A stretch of DNA of 64,000 nt from Acetobacteraceae bacterium (lineage in GTDB: Bacteria; Pseudomonadota; Alphaproteobacteria; Acetobacterales; Acetobacteraceae), in the NCBI GenBank assembly GCA_035569235.1, contig DATMND010000003.1:3238-67237 (forward strand), written 5' to 3'. The position numbers and the translations under genes were made by a program. Position 1 is the first letter of the stretch. Each line of letters begins with the position of its first letter. Below are positions 1 through 10,963 of the stretch, in pieces. Below the pieces are notes generated by a model. The model searched no databases, was not told the origin of the DNA, and saw only the letters and a program-made list of their open reading frames with translations.

Positions 1-349
1 CACGCACCGCGCGCGAGATACGTGCCGATGTAGAATTCGCCAAGTGGGCACGTCAGGCCGATGCACTCAAGGCGCAAGAGCCGATGTCGACCTATGCTGG
101 CTTCAAGAGCGCTGCATCAGCAGGACGATATTGCCGAGGCACGACGAACTCCGAGACTTTCTCCGCTGCCGGTCCCGCATGGCCAACATAACCCGACAGC
201 GACGCGCCGCCTTCGCCACACGGCGATAGTGCTCGGAATCCTGGAGGCAGCCTAAACGGAAGAACCGCTTACGCCGGTTTCGATGCCAGGGCGCGAAAGC
301 TGACAGCACCTGAAGATCGGCATTCCAATCCTCGTCGTCAAAAGTCCGA

Positions 350-1948
350 TCAGAATGCATTCGGATCAACAAAACCATGCACGGCGGTTTTAGCCAAGAT
401 TCTCAAATCGAGCAGGGGCGACCAATTCTCAACATAATATATATCATGCGCAACACGTTGTTCTATCTGCTCGGGGGTAACGGTGGGGCCGCGCCAGCCA
501 TTTATCTGGGCCCAGCCGGTTATGCCCGGCTTGGTGCGGTGCCGTGCCGCATACTGCCTGACCGCTTCGGGGTATAGCCGCCCTGCCGCCGTTGCAAGGG
601 GCGAATGGGGGCGTGGCCCGACCAGCCACATATCCCCTGCCAGCACATTCAGCAATTGCGGCAACTCGTCAAGGCTGGTCTTGCGCAGCAGTGCACCAAG
701 GGGATACACGCGATGATCTTCCCTGGTGGCAAGCACAAGCTTGTCGGACGGTTGCGATGCCGTGGCATGCATCGTCCTGAACTTGAACATACGAAACTGT
801 CGGCCACAGTATCCTTCACGCATCTGGCGAAAAAACACCGGACCAGGGCTCGACAATCGAATACCGATTGCGACGATCAAGAAGACTGGAAGAAACAGCA
901 GCAGGGCCATCAGTGCAATAGTGCGATCCTGAACATCTTTTTGTAACCAGCGCCAGCCCTGCAATGGGGCACTCCCAAAACGCAACAGAGTTACCTTATC
1001 CGTGCTGCCTTCTGACGGAGCGATGCAGATGTTGGGAAGGTTGAGGCTTTCAGGCCAGATAGACAGAGTGACGGGCAGACAGCGCAGGTAGGAAATCAGA
1101 TCCTCGACTGCTTCGCGCTGGTGAAGGGATGTCGCGACAATCAACTCGTCGACCCGATGCTGCTGCAGGAAATTCGGTAGCTGTGACAGTGGACCAAGGC
1201 ACGGTGCATCGATCGATGCACCCAAGTCACGATCGTTTGGCCAGAAATATCCGAGAAGTATAATGTCGCTTTGATTGCGCTGCACCTGGCTTGCGCAAGA
1301 ACGTGCTTCGTTGCCTGTTCCTATTATGCAGATCGTATGTCCCAGGTTCTTGGACCGCAGGAGCGCGACGTTGCCGCGCGCAGAGATGCTTCGGAAGAAT
1401 ACGAGCAGAACTGCCGAAGATAAAAGCCAGATCATTACCCAGTATTGTGTGCAGCTGTTCTGTGAATCTCTGATCATGGCCAGCAACAGGAGGGGGCTGA
1501 TCCCTAGGCACCATGATCCAGCGGCCAAAGTGCTCGAAGCGTACGCTCGTCCGATTAGGCTATATTCATATGCCCCCATAGAACGGAGCACACAGTGCGC
1601 CACAAATGCCATGACAATGGCCGCGGTCAACGCGGTCCCGGCGCTGACCACCTCCACGTCCGTAAAACAGCGAATGACAAAAACCGAAAAAGCCGATGCA
1701 CTCAGGACCGCGATTGCATCCGCCACCTGCACAGCTGCCACGAGGTGCCATTTTGACCAGGGCGGCACAGTCGGCAAAGTCGAGATCGCACGGAGCGCAG
1801 CACCTTGTCGCATCGCGGGATAAATCCCCCTTGCTGCATCAACCGACGGTAGAGCGCTGATTTCGTTGAGCACGTCGCAGGCTCTCTGGGTCAATAAGTG
1901 GCTTGGTATCGCAACATCGGAACAATAACATGACTGGATCGGCGCCAT
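350..1948 (-). CDS. Polyprenyl-phosphate glycosyl-1-phosphate transferase (WbaP/ExoY-type priming sugar transferase)
   Basis: 532-aa ORF with N-terminal hydrophobic helices. C-terminal bacterial sugar-transferase motifs: [44 protein letters not shown]. Confidence 0.9.
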   Translation of the reverse strand: MAPIQSCYCSDVAIPSHLLTQRACDVLNEISALPSVDAARGIYPAMRQGAALRAISTLPTVPPWSKWHLVAAVQVADAIAVLSASAFSVFVIRCFTDVEVVSAGTALTAAIVMAFVAHCVLRSMGAYEYSLIGRAYASSTLAAGSWCLGISPLLLLAMIRDSQNSCTQYWVMIWLLSSAVLLVFFRSISARGNVALLRSKNLGHTICIIGTGNEARSCASQVQRNQSDIILLGYFWPNDRDLGASIDAPCLGPLSQLPNFLQQHRVDELIVATSLHQREAVEDLISYLRCLPVTLSIWPESLNLPNICIAPSEGSTDKVTLLRFGSAPLQGWRWLQKDVQDRTIALMALLLFLPVFLIVAIGIRLSSPGPVFFRQMREGYCGRQFRMFKFRTMHATASQPSDKLVLATREDHRVYPLGALLRKTSLDELPQLLNVLAGDMWLVGPRPHSPLATAAGRLYPEAVRQYAARHRTKPGITGWAQINGWRGPTVTPEQIEQRVAHDIYYVENWSPLLDLRILAKTAVHGFVDPNAF

Positions 1949-2255
1949 GGCGGGCCGGTATCATGTTGTGGTGACGTATATATCACGAGTTGATAGCGGG
2001 TTAATGACGGCTGCGTGTCGCTAGAATCACGATCTGGTGACCGATTCCACCAGCGAACCAGATGTTTGGAAGCGCGCCCCGGCCAGCCTGTGGCGAAGCG
2101 TTTGCATCACGGTCCGGTCGAACCTGGCCGGAGATGTTGCCGATGGTGCCTGTCTCCAAACCCTCGCCGCATCGCAAGCCCACGAAGGAATCCGCGACTG
2201 CGTCAAAGGGTCTGCAGCCGGCGATCTGATGCACGGGTTCCGGCGCATCGGTCAA

Positions 2256-3449
2256 CTACGCGGCGGCCATGGGCTGCGTCATTGGAGCACCGACTGCGTT
2301 TTCGCGCGCACGCACCAATGCTTCATACAGCGCTGAGGTCCGCTCGGCGATGACATCCCAGGAAGGAATTTGCGTGCTCAGCAGCCCCACGTTGCGGCCA
2401 CAGGATCGCAACAGCTCCGGATCGGCCAGCAGAGTTTCAATCGCCTCGGCCAGAGCAATCGGGTCGTCCGGCGGCACAATCCGTCCATGGGTACCGTTGC
2501 GCAACAGCTTCTGGAACGCCCCGATCCCGCTGGCAATGATCGGCTTGCCATACGGCAGGCACGACATCAGCACGCCGCTGGTATCGATCTCGCGATAGGG
2601 AAACGCAAAGATGTCAGCCTGGCAGAAGACCTTGCCCATATCGTCCTCAGTGGCGTAGCCGAGCTTCCATACGATACTGTCCGCGACGCCGAGCGCCTCG
2701 GCGCGTCGCATCAGCGGCTGCACAGGAATCATCGGCTCGCCGGCGACAAGCACCTGGCATCGCGCACGCAAGGGCGCCGAAAGGCGGCCAAGCGCCTCGA
2801 TCATGACGTCAACACCCTTGTAAGCCTTGATTCTTCCGAACAGCAGGATCGTGAGCGGAGCAGAGTCTCGCGACAGGCCGCCGCTGGACTTGGGAACATC
2901 GAGTATCCCATGCGAAATGGTGGAAATTCGTTCCGGGGAAAGCCCGCGTTCGACCAGCAGGGTCCTGCTGGACTCGCTATGCACGATCAGATGATCGAAT
3001 TCCCGCCAGACACTTTTCGATCCAATTCGCTGAATCGCGGATTTGGGCGAATTGTTGAACGGCGCGACGTCATGCACCGTCAGCACGACGGGACCGATCG
3101 ACCGGCGAATGCGGCGCACCGCAATCATGTCGATCGCCGGAAGCGGCAGCCACTGGAAATGCACGACCTTTGGCCGCTCAGTGCGAAGGACACGGGCGAG
3201 CCGGGCAAGGTCCGCGGCATGCTCCAGGCCCTTCAGGACATGAAACATGCCACTCGGCGCTGCGGCATCCGGCCGCTCGCTCCATCTGTAGAAGAAGGCG
3301 CGCGGCGCTGCTTCACGTGGGGTAAACTCCTGCGAACGGAGTTCGCGGCCGTACAGCGTAACATCGCACCCTCTCGCCATGAGCGCCGCGCACAGAGCGC
3401 TATCGTAGGGCAGCGTGAACAGGGAAGGATCAATCATCGCGATTTTCAA
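2256..3449 (-). CDS. Glycosyltransferase, GT4-like (GT-B fold)
   Basis: 397-aa ORF with a C-terminal GT4-type motif (FPYREIDTSGVLMSCLPYGKPIIASGIGAFQKLL). The track start is TTG; an alternative ATG lies at 3437. Confidence 0.85.
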   Translation of the reverse strand: MKIAMIDPSLFTLPYDSALCAALMARGCDVTLYGRELRSQEFTPREAAPRAFFYRWSERPDAAAPSGMFHVLKGLEHAADLARLARVLRTERPKVVHFQWLPLPAIDMIAVRRIRRSIGPVVLTVHDVAPFNNSPKSAIQRIGSKSVWREFDHLIVHSESSRTLLVERGLSPERISTISHGILDVPKSSGGLSRDSAPLTILLFGRIKAYKGVDVMIEALGRLSAPLRARCQVLVAGEPMIPVQPLMRRAEALGVADSIVWKLGYATEDDMGKVFCQADIFAFPYREIDTSGVLMSCLPYGKPIIASGIGAFQKLLRNGTHGRIVPPDDPIALAEAIETLLADPELLRSCGRNVGLLSTQIPSWDVIAERTSALYEALVRARENAVGAPMTQPMAAA

Positions 3450-3464
3450 GGTCTTGATTCCCCG

Positions 3465-4958
3465 TTAGAACTTGCCAGCCGTCACATGATCCGCGATCGA
3501 GGCTGGCATCACGCGAGCCGGCTTGCCGATTGAAATCTGCATCATCACGAGGCGGGCCAGGTCAGGTCGGACGAGGGCGATCCCCAGAATCAGCGCAAGA
3601 CAGCCCGCCGGCGCCAACACTCCAAGCCGGGCCACCGGCGCGAGTCCAACCAGCACCATCTGATCCATTGGCCAAAGCACGGCTGAAATGATCAGGACCA
3701 CAAGGATCGGCCGCCACAGCGCTTTCATGATGTCGACGGGACGCAGCGGCATCGCTCGCGTGCACATGGCCAGCAGGACGATGGCAGACAGCACCTGGCG
3801 CAGAGACCAGGCAAGAGCCGCCGCCGTGATACCGAAACGAGAAAGTGCGAACAGCAGCGCGACGGACGTTGCCATTTCAAGAATGCTCAGCGGCAAGACC
3901 AGGGCGGGCCGTCCGAGGGCGGAAAAGACCGTGTAGCTGAAAGTCGCGGTCAATGCGGCGCAAGCGCCCAACGCGAGGATCTGGATCAACGGAACGGACG
4001 GCAGCCAGACGTCTCCCAGGACAGCCCGCACAATCGTCGGCGCGCAAATCGCCAGGGCGGCAAGGCTGGGCAGTGCGATGACGCAGATTGTCGACGTCGC
4101 GGCAACAAACTGCTGCGCCAGCCGATGCGGGTCGTGTTGCATGCGCGCGAAGACTGGCAATCCCACGTTGGTCGCGATATGCCCGATCAGATCACGCAGC
4201 GTGTCCGTGATGCGGAAGGCGATACCCAGCAGGCCGAACTGAAATGGGCCGAACAGGTAGGCAGCGAGCACCTGGTACAGTCTTGGCAGATTGGTCTGAA
4301 CGACCTCGTTCGCGAGCCAAGGCACGGCAAAGCGCAGTAATTCGAGCAGTGGGGCATAGCGTGGCATCCGGTGGATTGTTCGGGGCGACCAGTACCAAAG
4401 CGCCAGTGCCCCCAGCAACGCGGTGGTAAGATATTGCGCGATCAGACTCCACGCACCATAGCCGTTGAACGCGAGTGTCAGCGCGACGCCGCAACTGACC
4501 AGTCGAGCCACCAGAGTACGCATCGCGAGATGGCGGAAGTCCAACGCTCGGCGGAGCATCGCCGACTGCACGCCGCTATATCCGGAGAACAGCAGCCCGA
4601 CCGCAGCGGCGCGAATCAGCGGCGCGAGGCGTGGCTCTCCATATGCAAAGGCGGCCGGCCCGGCGACAGCCCAGCAGATCAGGACGAGCAGGCCGGCAAC
4701 GCCAAACGTGGTCCACAGAGCCGCATCGACGTGTCCGTCATCAATCGCGGGGCGCTGGACAAGCGCTTCGTTGAACAGACCTTCCACCGCCACGTTCAGG
4801 AACTGGATGACCGCCACCACGATGACTGCGACACCGAAATCAGTGGGTCCGAGCAGGCGCGCGGTGACCACAATCGTCATGAATGAAAGCAGGATGAGCG
4901 TCAGCGACTCGACGATCGCCCAGCTTACCGAGCGGACCAGAACGGCGGGCTTGGTCAT
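3465..4958 (-). CDS. Polysaccharide flippase (Wzx/MOP-family polysaccharide biosynthesis protein)
   Basis: 497-aa ORF that is hydrophobic throughout, with roughly 12-14 predicted helices. It overlaps the upstream GT gene by 4 nt and sits inside the glycan cluster. Confidence 0.8.
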   Translation of the reverse strand: MTKPAVLVRSVSWAIVESLTLILLSFMTIVVTARLLGPTDFGVAVIVVAVIQFLNVAVEGLFNEALVQRPAIDDGHVDAALWTTFGVAGLLVLICWAVAGPAAFAYGEPRLAPLIRAAAVGLLFSGYSGVQSAMLRRALDFRHLAMRTLVARLVSCGVALTLAFNGYGAWSLIAQYLTTALLGALALWYWSPRTIHRMPRYAPLLELLRFAVPWLANEVVQTNLPRLYQVLAAYLFGPFQFGLLGIAFRITDTLRDLIGHIATNVGLPVFARMQHDPHRLAQQFVAATSTICVIALPSLAALAICAPTIVRAVLGDVWLPSVPLIQILALGACAALTATFSYTVFSALGRPALVLPLSILEMATSVALLFALSRFGITAAALAWSLRQVLSAIVLLAMCTRAMPLRPVDIMKALWRPILVVLIISAVLWPMDQMVLVGLAPVARLGVLAPAGCLALILGIALVRPDLARLVMMQISIGKPARVMPASIADHVTAGKF

Positions 4959-6241
4959 GGCGTCGTCGTCCGTGCATCACCGATCCGCGGCATCGGCATG
5001 GCGCGACCGGACTCCCGGATGGCGCGGTGTTTCGAGGCAGTCGGATGTGTGCGCAGGACATCCTGCCACGCGGCACTATATTCGCCGAAGATCCGATCAA
5101 AGGTGAAGCGTTCGGCTTCCAGGAGGCAAGCGGCGGACATGGTGCGCCAGTCGGGCGGATCGTCGAGCAACCGACGCAGCAGCGTTTCCAATGCCGTGAT
5201 ATCTCCGGCTGGGACCAAAAATCCCGTGCATCCGTCTCGTATAAGCTCAACCATGCCGCCCGCGGAGACTCCGATGACCGGAACGCCGAAGCCGAATGCT
5301 TCGTGGATGACGCGGCCTGAGGCCTCCTCGACCAGGGATGGAGCGACGAGGATGTCCAAGTCCTGAAAGAACGCCGCCGGCGCGACGCGACCCAGGAACG
5401 TCGCCAGAGGTGATCGAAACGATTCCTTCAGATTCCGCTCATACTCGGCCTGGCCGAAGCCGCCGATATAGACCTGGACGCGCTCGGCGCCGATCCGCCG
5501 CGCTGCCTCCAGCACGACGTGCGCCCCCTTGATCCGCTCCAGTCTCCCAAGAAAACCCACTCGCAACGGGGCGCCCGGCCGCGGGCCCGGATACGGGACG
5601 ACAACTGGCGGATCGGAATTGCAGTTGTTGATTACACGCGTGAGGCGCCTGCCGCGGAACAGGCCAGATGGGCTAATCCGTTGCCAAAGGCGTGCGCTGA
5701 CGCTGGTCAGGCCATCCACGTGCCGCGATAGACGCACCCGCGGCCAGCAAAGCACGCGACAGCGCAGACAGCGCCGCGTGCAGTTGACGTCGGAGCGATA
5801 CATGACTGAATTGGTGCAGGCGGCATAATGATCGTGAAGCGTCTGCAGCATCGGCAGGCCCCGCCGAGCGAGCGTCGGCCAGATCGCGCAGGTGAACCCT
5901 AGCGCGTTATGAATATGGATCAGGTCGGGCGCCTCGCGATCGGCGATCCAACCCAGCCGGGCGGCCATCACCGGGTTCCAGGCTTCCACCACTTGCCACA
6001 GGACCTTCCGCCAGGCGGGTTGGCGCTTCGACTGATGCGGAAAGAATACGTTGAACAGGGGTACATAATAGACATGCACCCCGTTTATCACACGCTCCTG
6101 GGGCACTCCGTCGGGTGCAAGCGAAACGACCACCGCTTGATCCCCCGCGCGCACCAGACCTTCCGCCAACAGCCTGACGGTCTCTTCCGCGCCGCCAACC
6201 TCATTGGGATGGTAGCGCGTGCTCACGAACATGATCTTCAT
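4955..6241 (-). CDS. Glycosyltransferase, GT4-like
   Basis: 428-aa ORF with N-terminal MKIMFVSTRYHPNEVGGAEE and C-terminal EEASGRVIHEAFGFGVPVIGVSAGG, both typical of GT4. It overlaps the upstream gene by 4 nt (ATGA). Confidence 0.85.
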   Translation of the reverse strand: MKIMFVSTRYHPNEVGGAEETVRLLAEGLVRAGDQAVVVSLAPDGVPQERVINGVHVYYVPLFNVFFPHQSKRQPAWRKVLWQVVEAWNPVMAARLGWIADREAPDLIHIHNALGFTCAIWPTLARRGLPMLQTLHDHYAACTNSVMYRSDVNCTRRCLRCRVLCWPRVRLSRHVDGLTSVSARLWQRISPSGLFRGRRLTRVINNCNSDPPVVVPYPGPRPGAPLRVGFLGRLERIKGAHVVLEAARRIGAERVQVYIGGFGQAEYERNLKESFRSPLATFLGRVAPAAFFQDLDILVAPSLVEEASGRVIHEAFGFGVPVIGVSAGGMVELIRDGCTGFLVPAGDITALETLLRRLLDDPPDWRTMSAACLLEAERFTFDRIFGEYSAAWQDVLRTHPTASKHRAIRESGRAMPMPRIGDARTTTP

Positions 6242-7617
6242 GTCGCGCTCACCGTTATCCGTTCAGGACGAAGCACATGCGAGGCCGCAACGGCCGGCCG
6301 CTTCGGCAAGACACAGAAGACCAGCAGGAGCGCCTGCAGCCGTGGATCGAGCAGTTCTCCGCCAAAGCAGAGGAAACCGATCGTCAGCGCGCAGCTCAAC
6401 CATAACGATGGCGCATGGCCGAACACGGCGAGGACGAACATCGCCCAGAACAGTGCCGAGCCGAGCAGACCGTATTCGAACAGCAACTTCGCCCACGCGG
6501 GATCATGCGTCTCGTACGGCATCAGTTGAATGTAGTCGCGCATCGATCCTGGGCCGACGCCGAACAGAAGGTCATGCGGATCAGACACCAGATATCGGTC
6601 GATCAGATCCGCTGGAGCCAGAAACCGCGCATAGCCGCTGCTTTCGGTATTATTGAATTCTGCGCCCCGATGCATCGCTACATCCATATGCCAGAGCCCG
6701 GACGTCGCAAGGGCAAGGCAGCCAAACAAGACAAGCGCGAAGATCGTGCCATAGGAACGGCGACTGACCAGGATGCCGGGGACCAGGACCAACGCGAACA
6801 GACCGGTACCCGAGTAGGAGAACAACAATGCGGCGATAAAGACCGCAAGACGCCATTTCACTTGAAAGAACAACATCTCGATGATGATCGCCAAGGCCAC
6901 GTACTGCGAGAATGTTGACGGCTCCACCATGAAGAAACCGTTGCTCCGGTTGATCGGCGAGCCGTAGTTTATCGGCAGGAGATTGTCGAAGCCCTCAAGC
7001 AGTATTCCTGACGGCAGAAATCCCTCGAAGGTATAGAGCAGCTTCGAGGCAATCACGAAATGCAGGAAAAACTGCGCAATTCCACAGACGGCGCAGACCA
7101 GCACCATGGACTGATACGCGCGCAGGCAATCTTTGAACGGGGCGTCCAACGACCGCAGCAGGAACACGAACGGTATGTATGTGGCGATCAGCAGCATCGC
7201 CGACGACCAGGACGAACTGCCGCCATTGAAGATCGCGCAGATCGAGGCATAGGCGGCGAACATCAGGACAAGCGCAGCACGAATAGGATCGATATTAAGT
7301 TGCCCTCGCAACAATAGCATCGCCAGCGCCGCCAGGTTGACGAACAGGTTCACCGACACCCCGTTCGGACCTATCGGAACCGCGAACCGCTGCAGGAAGA
7401 TCGCCGCGAACAGGATCGCGAGCAGGCAGCGGCGGACGGTGCGCAGGTTCGCTTGACCATCACTGACGCCGACCCGTCGGCTTACGCGATCTACGCAGGG
7501 CGGCATTCCGGGAGTCCTGGTGCGATCGTCTGCGAGCTCGCCGTGACGCAACCGCGGACCTATGTGAGAACGGGGAAAGCCTCCCGCCCGCGGTTGATAT
7601 TGCACTTGTGGCGCCAC
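6238..7617 (-). CDS. O-antigen ligase/Wzy-like polysaccharide polymerase (multi-pass membrane protein)
   Basis: 459-aa ORF with many hydrophobic segments, positioned between the GT/flippase genes and the wzc-like gene. The track start is GTG; an alternative ATG lies at 7506. The family call rests on topology and context only. Confidence 0.6.
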   Translation of the reverse strand: MAPQVQYQPRAGGFPRSHIGPRLRHGELADDRTRTPGMPPCVDRVSRRVGVSDGQANLRTVRRCLLAILFAAIFLQRFAVPIGPNGVSVNLFVNLAALAMLLLRGQLNIDPIRAALVLMFAAYASICAIFNGGSSSWSSAMLLIATYIPFVFLLRSLDAPFKDCLRAYQSMVLVCAVCGIAQFFLHFVIASKLLYTFEGFLPSGILLEGFDNLLPINYGSPINRSNGFFMVEPSTFSQYVALAIIIEMLFFQVKWRLAVFIAALLFSYSGTGLFALVLVPGILVSRRSYGTIFALVLFGCLALATSGLWHMDVAMHRGAEFNNTESSGYARFLAPADLIDRYLVSDPHDLLFGVGPGSMRDYIQLMPYETHDPAWAKLLFEYGLLGSALFWAMFVLAVFGHAPSLWLSCALTIGFLCFGGELLDPRLQALLLVFCVLPKRPAVAASHVLRPERITVSAT

Positions 7618-7829
7618 CTTGGCCTCTGCCCGCGTTGCGGAGGCAGTTCATATCGACACCGAGAGGTCGAAGCTAGACACGCTCACCTAATATTGAGCAG
7701 AATGTCTCTAATTTTGGTGGAAGAACCATTCCACTAAGGGTATTGTGTCTTTAATTGGACTGATGCAGCCGGCCATGACGCCACGATCCCCAGGGATCGG
7801 TGGCCGTCAAGGCTGGCATGGGGAGCGGC
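7618..7829. promoter_or_regulatory. AT-rich divergent intergenic region between the wzy-like and wzc-like genes
   Basis: Locally AT-rich stretch (aatattgagcagaatgtctctaattttggtgg...tctttaattgg) between divergently transcribed genes. No specific promoter boxes are assigned. Confidence 0.3.
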
Positions 7830-9965
7830 ATGGATAACATTGGCGTCGGTCTTGCGGATTTTTGGCACGTTCTGCGGCGCCGCATGCTGCGACTGTGTCT
7901 GGCAGCCATTTTAGGCGCAGCCCTTGCCGTTGCCATCAGCGAGGCATTGCCGGTTCATTACACCAGCGAAGCGCTTCTGGAGGTGGAAGCGCATACCCCG
8001 CTGATGAAGGAGTTGAATCCAGGTGCTACCGCCACGACGCCGGACCAGGTCAGGACCGAGGCGGACATTCTTGAATCCCGCGCGCTGACGGAATCGATCG
8101 TTCGCGAGCTCAAGCTGATGGATGCCGCCGACTTCAAGTCGGCCAGCCGGCCGCCCACCTGGACCGACCGGATCTACATTGGCTTGCAAGAGGCGCGCTC
8201 CTATGCGCTGAACCTCCTCGGCCTGCACACGCAGGTCGATCCTTTGAGTGATGCGGTTGATCTGTTCCAGCGCCGGCTGCAGGTGGTGGCCAACGAGAAG
8301 AGCCACATTGTTGCCGTTCGTGTCCAGACAGGATCCGCGCAGCTGTCGGCCGACGTGGTCAACAACCTGCTGACCCGATATCTTTCGAACCAGGTGGCTG
8401 GGAACCTGAGCGTCAGCGCACAGGAAAACCAGTGGCTGACCGAGCACCTCGCGGCACTCCAGCATGACGTGGACGAAGCGGCTCTGCGGGCCCAGGCCTT
8501 TCGCGACGCGAACGGGCTGATGGATATCCAGGCCGGTGCGCTTCCGGCGGTGCAATTGAACGAGAAGGAGCAGAACCTGTCGGCCGCCCGGCAGGAACTG
8601 TCCAAGGCACAGGCAGCGTTCGACTCCGCCGCGAAAGCCTTGCAGACCGGCTCGGGATTTGTCGGCCAGGAAGTCCTGGGATCGCTGCTTATTCAGCGCC
8701 TGCGGGAACGTGAGGCAGACGTCCTTCAGCGCATGGCGAATCTGCGGCAGAGAACCGGCGACAGCACTCCCTACCTGGCGCCCCTTCAGGCCGAGTTGGC
8801 CTCGGCTCGCGCGCAGATCGCCGTCGAAACCGGCCATATCGTCAATGCGCTGCGTCGGGATGTCGATCTGGCGCGCGATCGCGTCAACAGCTTGCAGACG
8901 ATGGTCACAGACTCCCAGGTTCGGGCACAGCGGAACGCCGCCGCAGCCGACACCTTGACGCGCCTCACGCAGGAGGTGGACGCCAAGCGACACGTCTACA
9001 TTGCGTTTCTGACCCGTATGGAACAGACCCAGCTCGCGTCTACTCAGTTCCCCACTGCACGCGTCGTGTCGCCCGCCGTGCCGCCGTTCAAGGCAGATGG
9101 TATGCCGCCCATTATCGTGGCGATACTTGGCGCCGTTGCCGCCGTTTTCCTTGCGATTGCGGCGCTGCTGCTCAGATGGGCACTGGATCGACGCGTCACA
9201 TCGGTAGCAAATCTGGAAGTGCTGACCGGGGCAACTCCAATCTGCGCCATGCCGGCACTCCCTGGCGCGGGCGGCCTCCCGGTGGCGATGCGCATTCTGG
9301 ACATGAACCAATCAGGCGTAGTCGAGACCTTGTACGCCTTGCGTTTCGCGGTTCTGGCGATGAATCCGGGAGCATCCTGCACCCGAGTGCTCGTCACCTC
9401 GGCCTCGCCCGAAGAGGGCAAGACCACTCTGGCCGCATCACTCGCGCGGCTGACCGCCGCGAGCGGCATGCGGGTGCTGTTGGTCGAGGCGGATCTGCGG
9501 CGCCCGACCCTCCGCCGCATGCTCCGGATGTCGCCAAGGAACAGTATCGAATCATTTCTGACACAAGGAATGCGCCTCGCCGACGCGGTGCATGTCGACC
9601 CGAAATCCGGTCTGCACTGCCTGACCGCGGACGGATCGGCGCCCAATGCGGTCACAACACTTCAATCGCCGCGACTAAGCGCGCTGATGGAGGAGGCGCG
9701 GGCGAGCTATGACATGGTCATCATCGATAGTCCCCCGGTGATGCGCGTGGTCGATGCACTCATCCTGGCCCACTACAGCGACGTGATACTTTTCGCGGTT
9801 GCCTACGGGCGCATCCATGCAGCAACTGTCCTGGAGGCGCTCCGTCGCTTTCCCAGCCATGTTCGATCCCGGATTGCCACTGTTCTGACGCGGGTGCCGC
9901 AAACGGATATTTCATGGCAAGGTTATTATGCCGGGTACAAGCGCAAGCTGCCCGCCTCGGCCTAA
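7830..9965 (+). CDS. Polysaccharide co-polymerase / tyrosine autokinase (Wzc/ExoP/GumC-like chain-length determinant)
   Basis: N-terminal TM segment, a long coiled-coil-like region, then a second TM (PPIIVAILGAVAAVFLAIAALLL). Walker A is SPEEGKTT, A' is VLLVEADLRRP, Walker B is YDMVIIDSPP, and the tail is Tyr-rich (GYYAGY). The ATG at 7830 is preceded by GGGGAG; the track ORF starts at GTG 7800. Confidence 0.85.
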   Translation: MDNIGVGLADFWHVLRRRMLRLCLAAILGAALAVAISEALPVHYTSEALLEVEAHTPLMKELNPGATATTPDQVRTEADILESRALTESIVRELKLMDAADFKSASRPPTWTDRIYIGLQEARSYALNLLGLHTQVDPLSDAVDLFQRRLQVVANEKSHIVAVRVQTGSAQLSADVVNNLLTRYLSNQVAGNLSVSAQENQWLTEHLAALQHDVDEAALRAQAFRDANGLMDIQAGALPAVQLNEKEQNLSAARQELSKAQAAFDSAAKALQTGSGFVGQEVLGSLLIQRLREREADVLQRMANLRQRTGDSTPYLAPLQAELASARAQIAVETGHIVNALRRDVDLARDRVNSLQTMVTDSQVRAQRNAAAADTLTRLTQEVDAKRHVYIAFLTRMEQTQLASTQFPTARVVSPAVPPFKADGMPPIIVAILGAVAAVFLAIAALLLRWALDRRVTSVANLEVLTGATPICAMPALPGAGGLPVAMRILDMNQSGVVETLYALRFAVLAMNPGASCTRVLVTSASPEEGKTTLAASLARLTAASGMRVLLVEADLRRPTLRRMLRMSPRNSIESFLTQGMRLADAVHVDPKSGLHCLTADGSAPNAVTTLQSPRLSALMEEARASYDMVIIDSPPVMRVVDALILAHYSDVILFAVAYGRIHAATVLEALRRFPSHVRSRIATVLTRVPQTDISWQGYYAGYKRKLPASA

Positions 9966-9976
9966 GGTACGCACAC

Positions 9977-10963
9977 GTGCAGCGCCGACCACTGGTGATC
10001 ATGTCAGCCGCAAGCGCGCTGGCCAGTCTTGTTTCGGTCGGCCACGGCTCGGCGCAGGCCATCGATGACTTGCCGATGCAGCAACGCCTGGGCGTCTACA
10101 AGGGCGCCGGATGCGACGGCCGTGCAGCCGTTGCAGGCTTCGCCGCGTGGCTGGGCCGCAGGCCGCAATGGGTCGTGGATTTCCTGGCACAGGAGAACTG
10201 GCAAAGCTTCAACGACTCAGCAACTTGGCTGATCGGCTGCTGGCGAGGCGCCAATTATCATCTGGCGCTTGCGGTTCCCATGCTGACCGAAGACCGCCGC
10301 AATACCTTGGAACTCGGCGCGGCCGGCGCTTATGACGCGCACTTCACGCGTCTGGCTCAGGCGCTGGTGTCCACGGGGCGCCCGGACACAGTCATTCGGC
10401 TTGGCTGGGAGTTCAACGGCGACTGGTCCACGTGGTGTCCAAAAGGGAATCCCGGCGTGTTCATCCGCTACTGGCGGCGCATTGTCGGTGTGATGCGGGC
10501 TGTTCCGGACAGCAAGTTCCGATTCGACTGGAATCCAACGCTCGGCACCGCCGCCGTCGCACCCGACCAAGTATATCCGGGTGACGACGTGGTCGATATC
10601 ATCGGCCTCGACGTCTACAACCAAAGCTGGAGTGTGCCGCGTCCGAACAGCCGGGAACGTTGGGAAGAATTGCGGCGGAAGCCCTTCGGGCTTGATTGGC
10701 ACCAGGCCTTCGCCGCAGCAAAGGGCAAGCCCCGATCCTTCCCGGAGTGGGGCACTGGGCGTCGACCGGACGGCAGCGGCGGCGGCGATGATTCGCTTTT
10801 CGTGGATCAGATGGCTCAATGGGCCACGGCATCCGACGTCGTCTATCATGCCTACTGGGACTATCCGGCATCCGACTACTTTGCCTTGATGTCCACCGGG
10901 CAATTTCCCCGCGCCGCGGCGGCATTTCGCGAGCGCTTTGGCCACATAACCCATCAACCCTGA
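9977..10963 (+). CDS. Glycoside hydrolase, GH26-like (clan GH-A), signal peptide or membrane anchor
   Basis: Motifs RLGWEFNGDWSTW, VVDIIGLDVYN and SFPEWG parallel the N-terminal domain of the 14239-17001 product. The start is uncertain: ATG 9914 overlaps wzc, GTG 9977 follows AAGG, and ATG 10001 is also possible. The N-terminus RRPLVIMSAASALASLVSVGHGSAQA looks like a signal peptide. Confidence 0.55.
   Translation: MQRRPLVIMSAASALASLVSVGHGSAQAIDDLPMQQRLGVYKGAGCDGRAAVAGFAAWLGRRPQWVVDFLAQENWQSFNDSATWLIGCWRGANYHLALAVPMLTEDRRNTLELGAAGAYDAHFTRLAQALVSTGRPDTVIRLGWEFNGDWSTWCPKGNPGVFIRYWRRIVGVMRAVPDSKFRFDWNPTLGTAAVAPDQVYPGDDVVDIIGLDVYNQSWSVPRPNSRERWEELRRKPFGLDWHQAFAAAKGKPRSFPEWGTGRRPDGSGGGDDSLFVDQMAQWATASDVVYHAYWDYPASDYFALMSTGQFPRAAAAFRERFGHITHQP

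Noticed and set aside
1-378. ORF 103-378(-) of 91 aa, and open frames running off the left window edge
   Set aside because: No family is recognisable, and the ORF overlaps the priming transferase stop by 29 nt. The plus-strand frame 3 (..TAREIRADVEFAKWARQADALKAQ..) could be the tail of a gene starting outside the window, but I cannot support a call. Left unannotated.
2001-2255. 84-aa ORF filling the gap between the GT4 gene and the priming transferase gene
   Set aside because: No recognisable motif and no convincing ribosome-binding site. It could equally be the non-coding promoter region for the downstream transferase.
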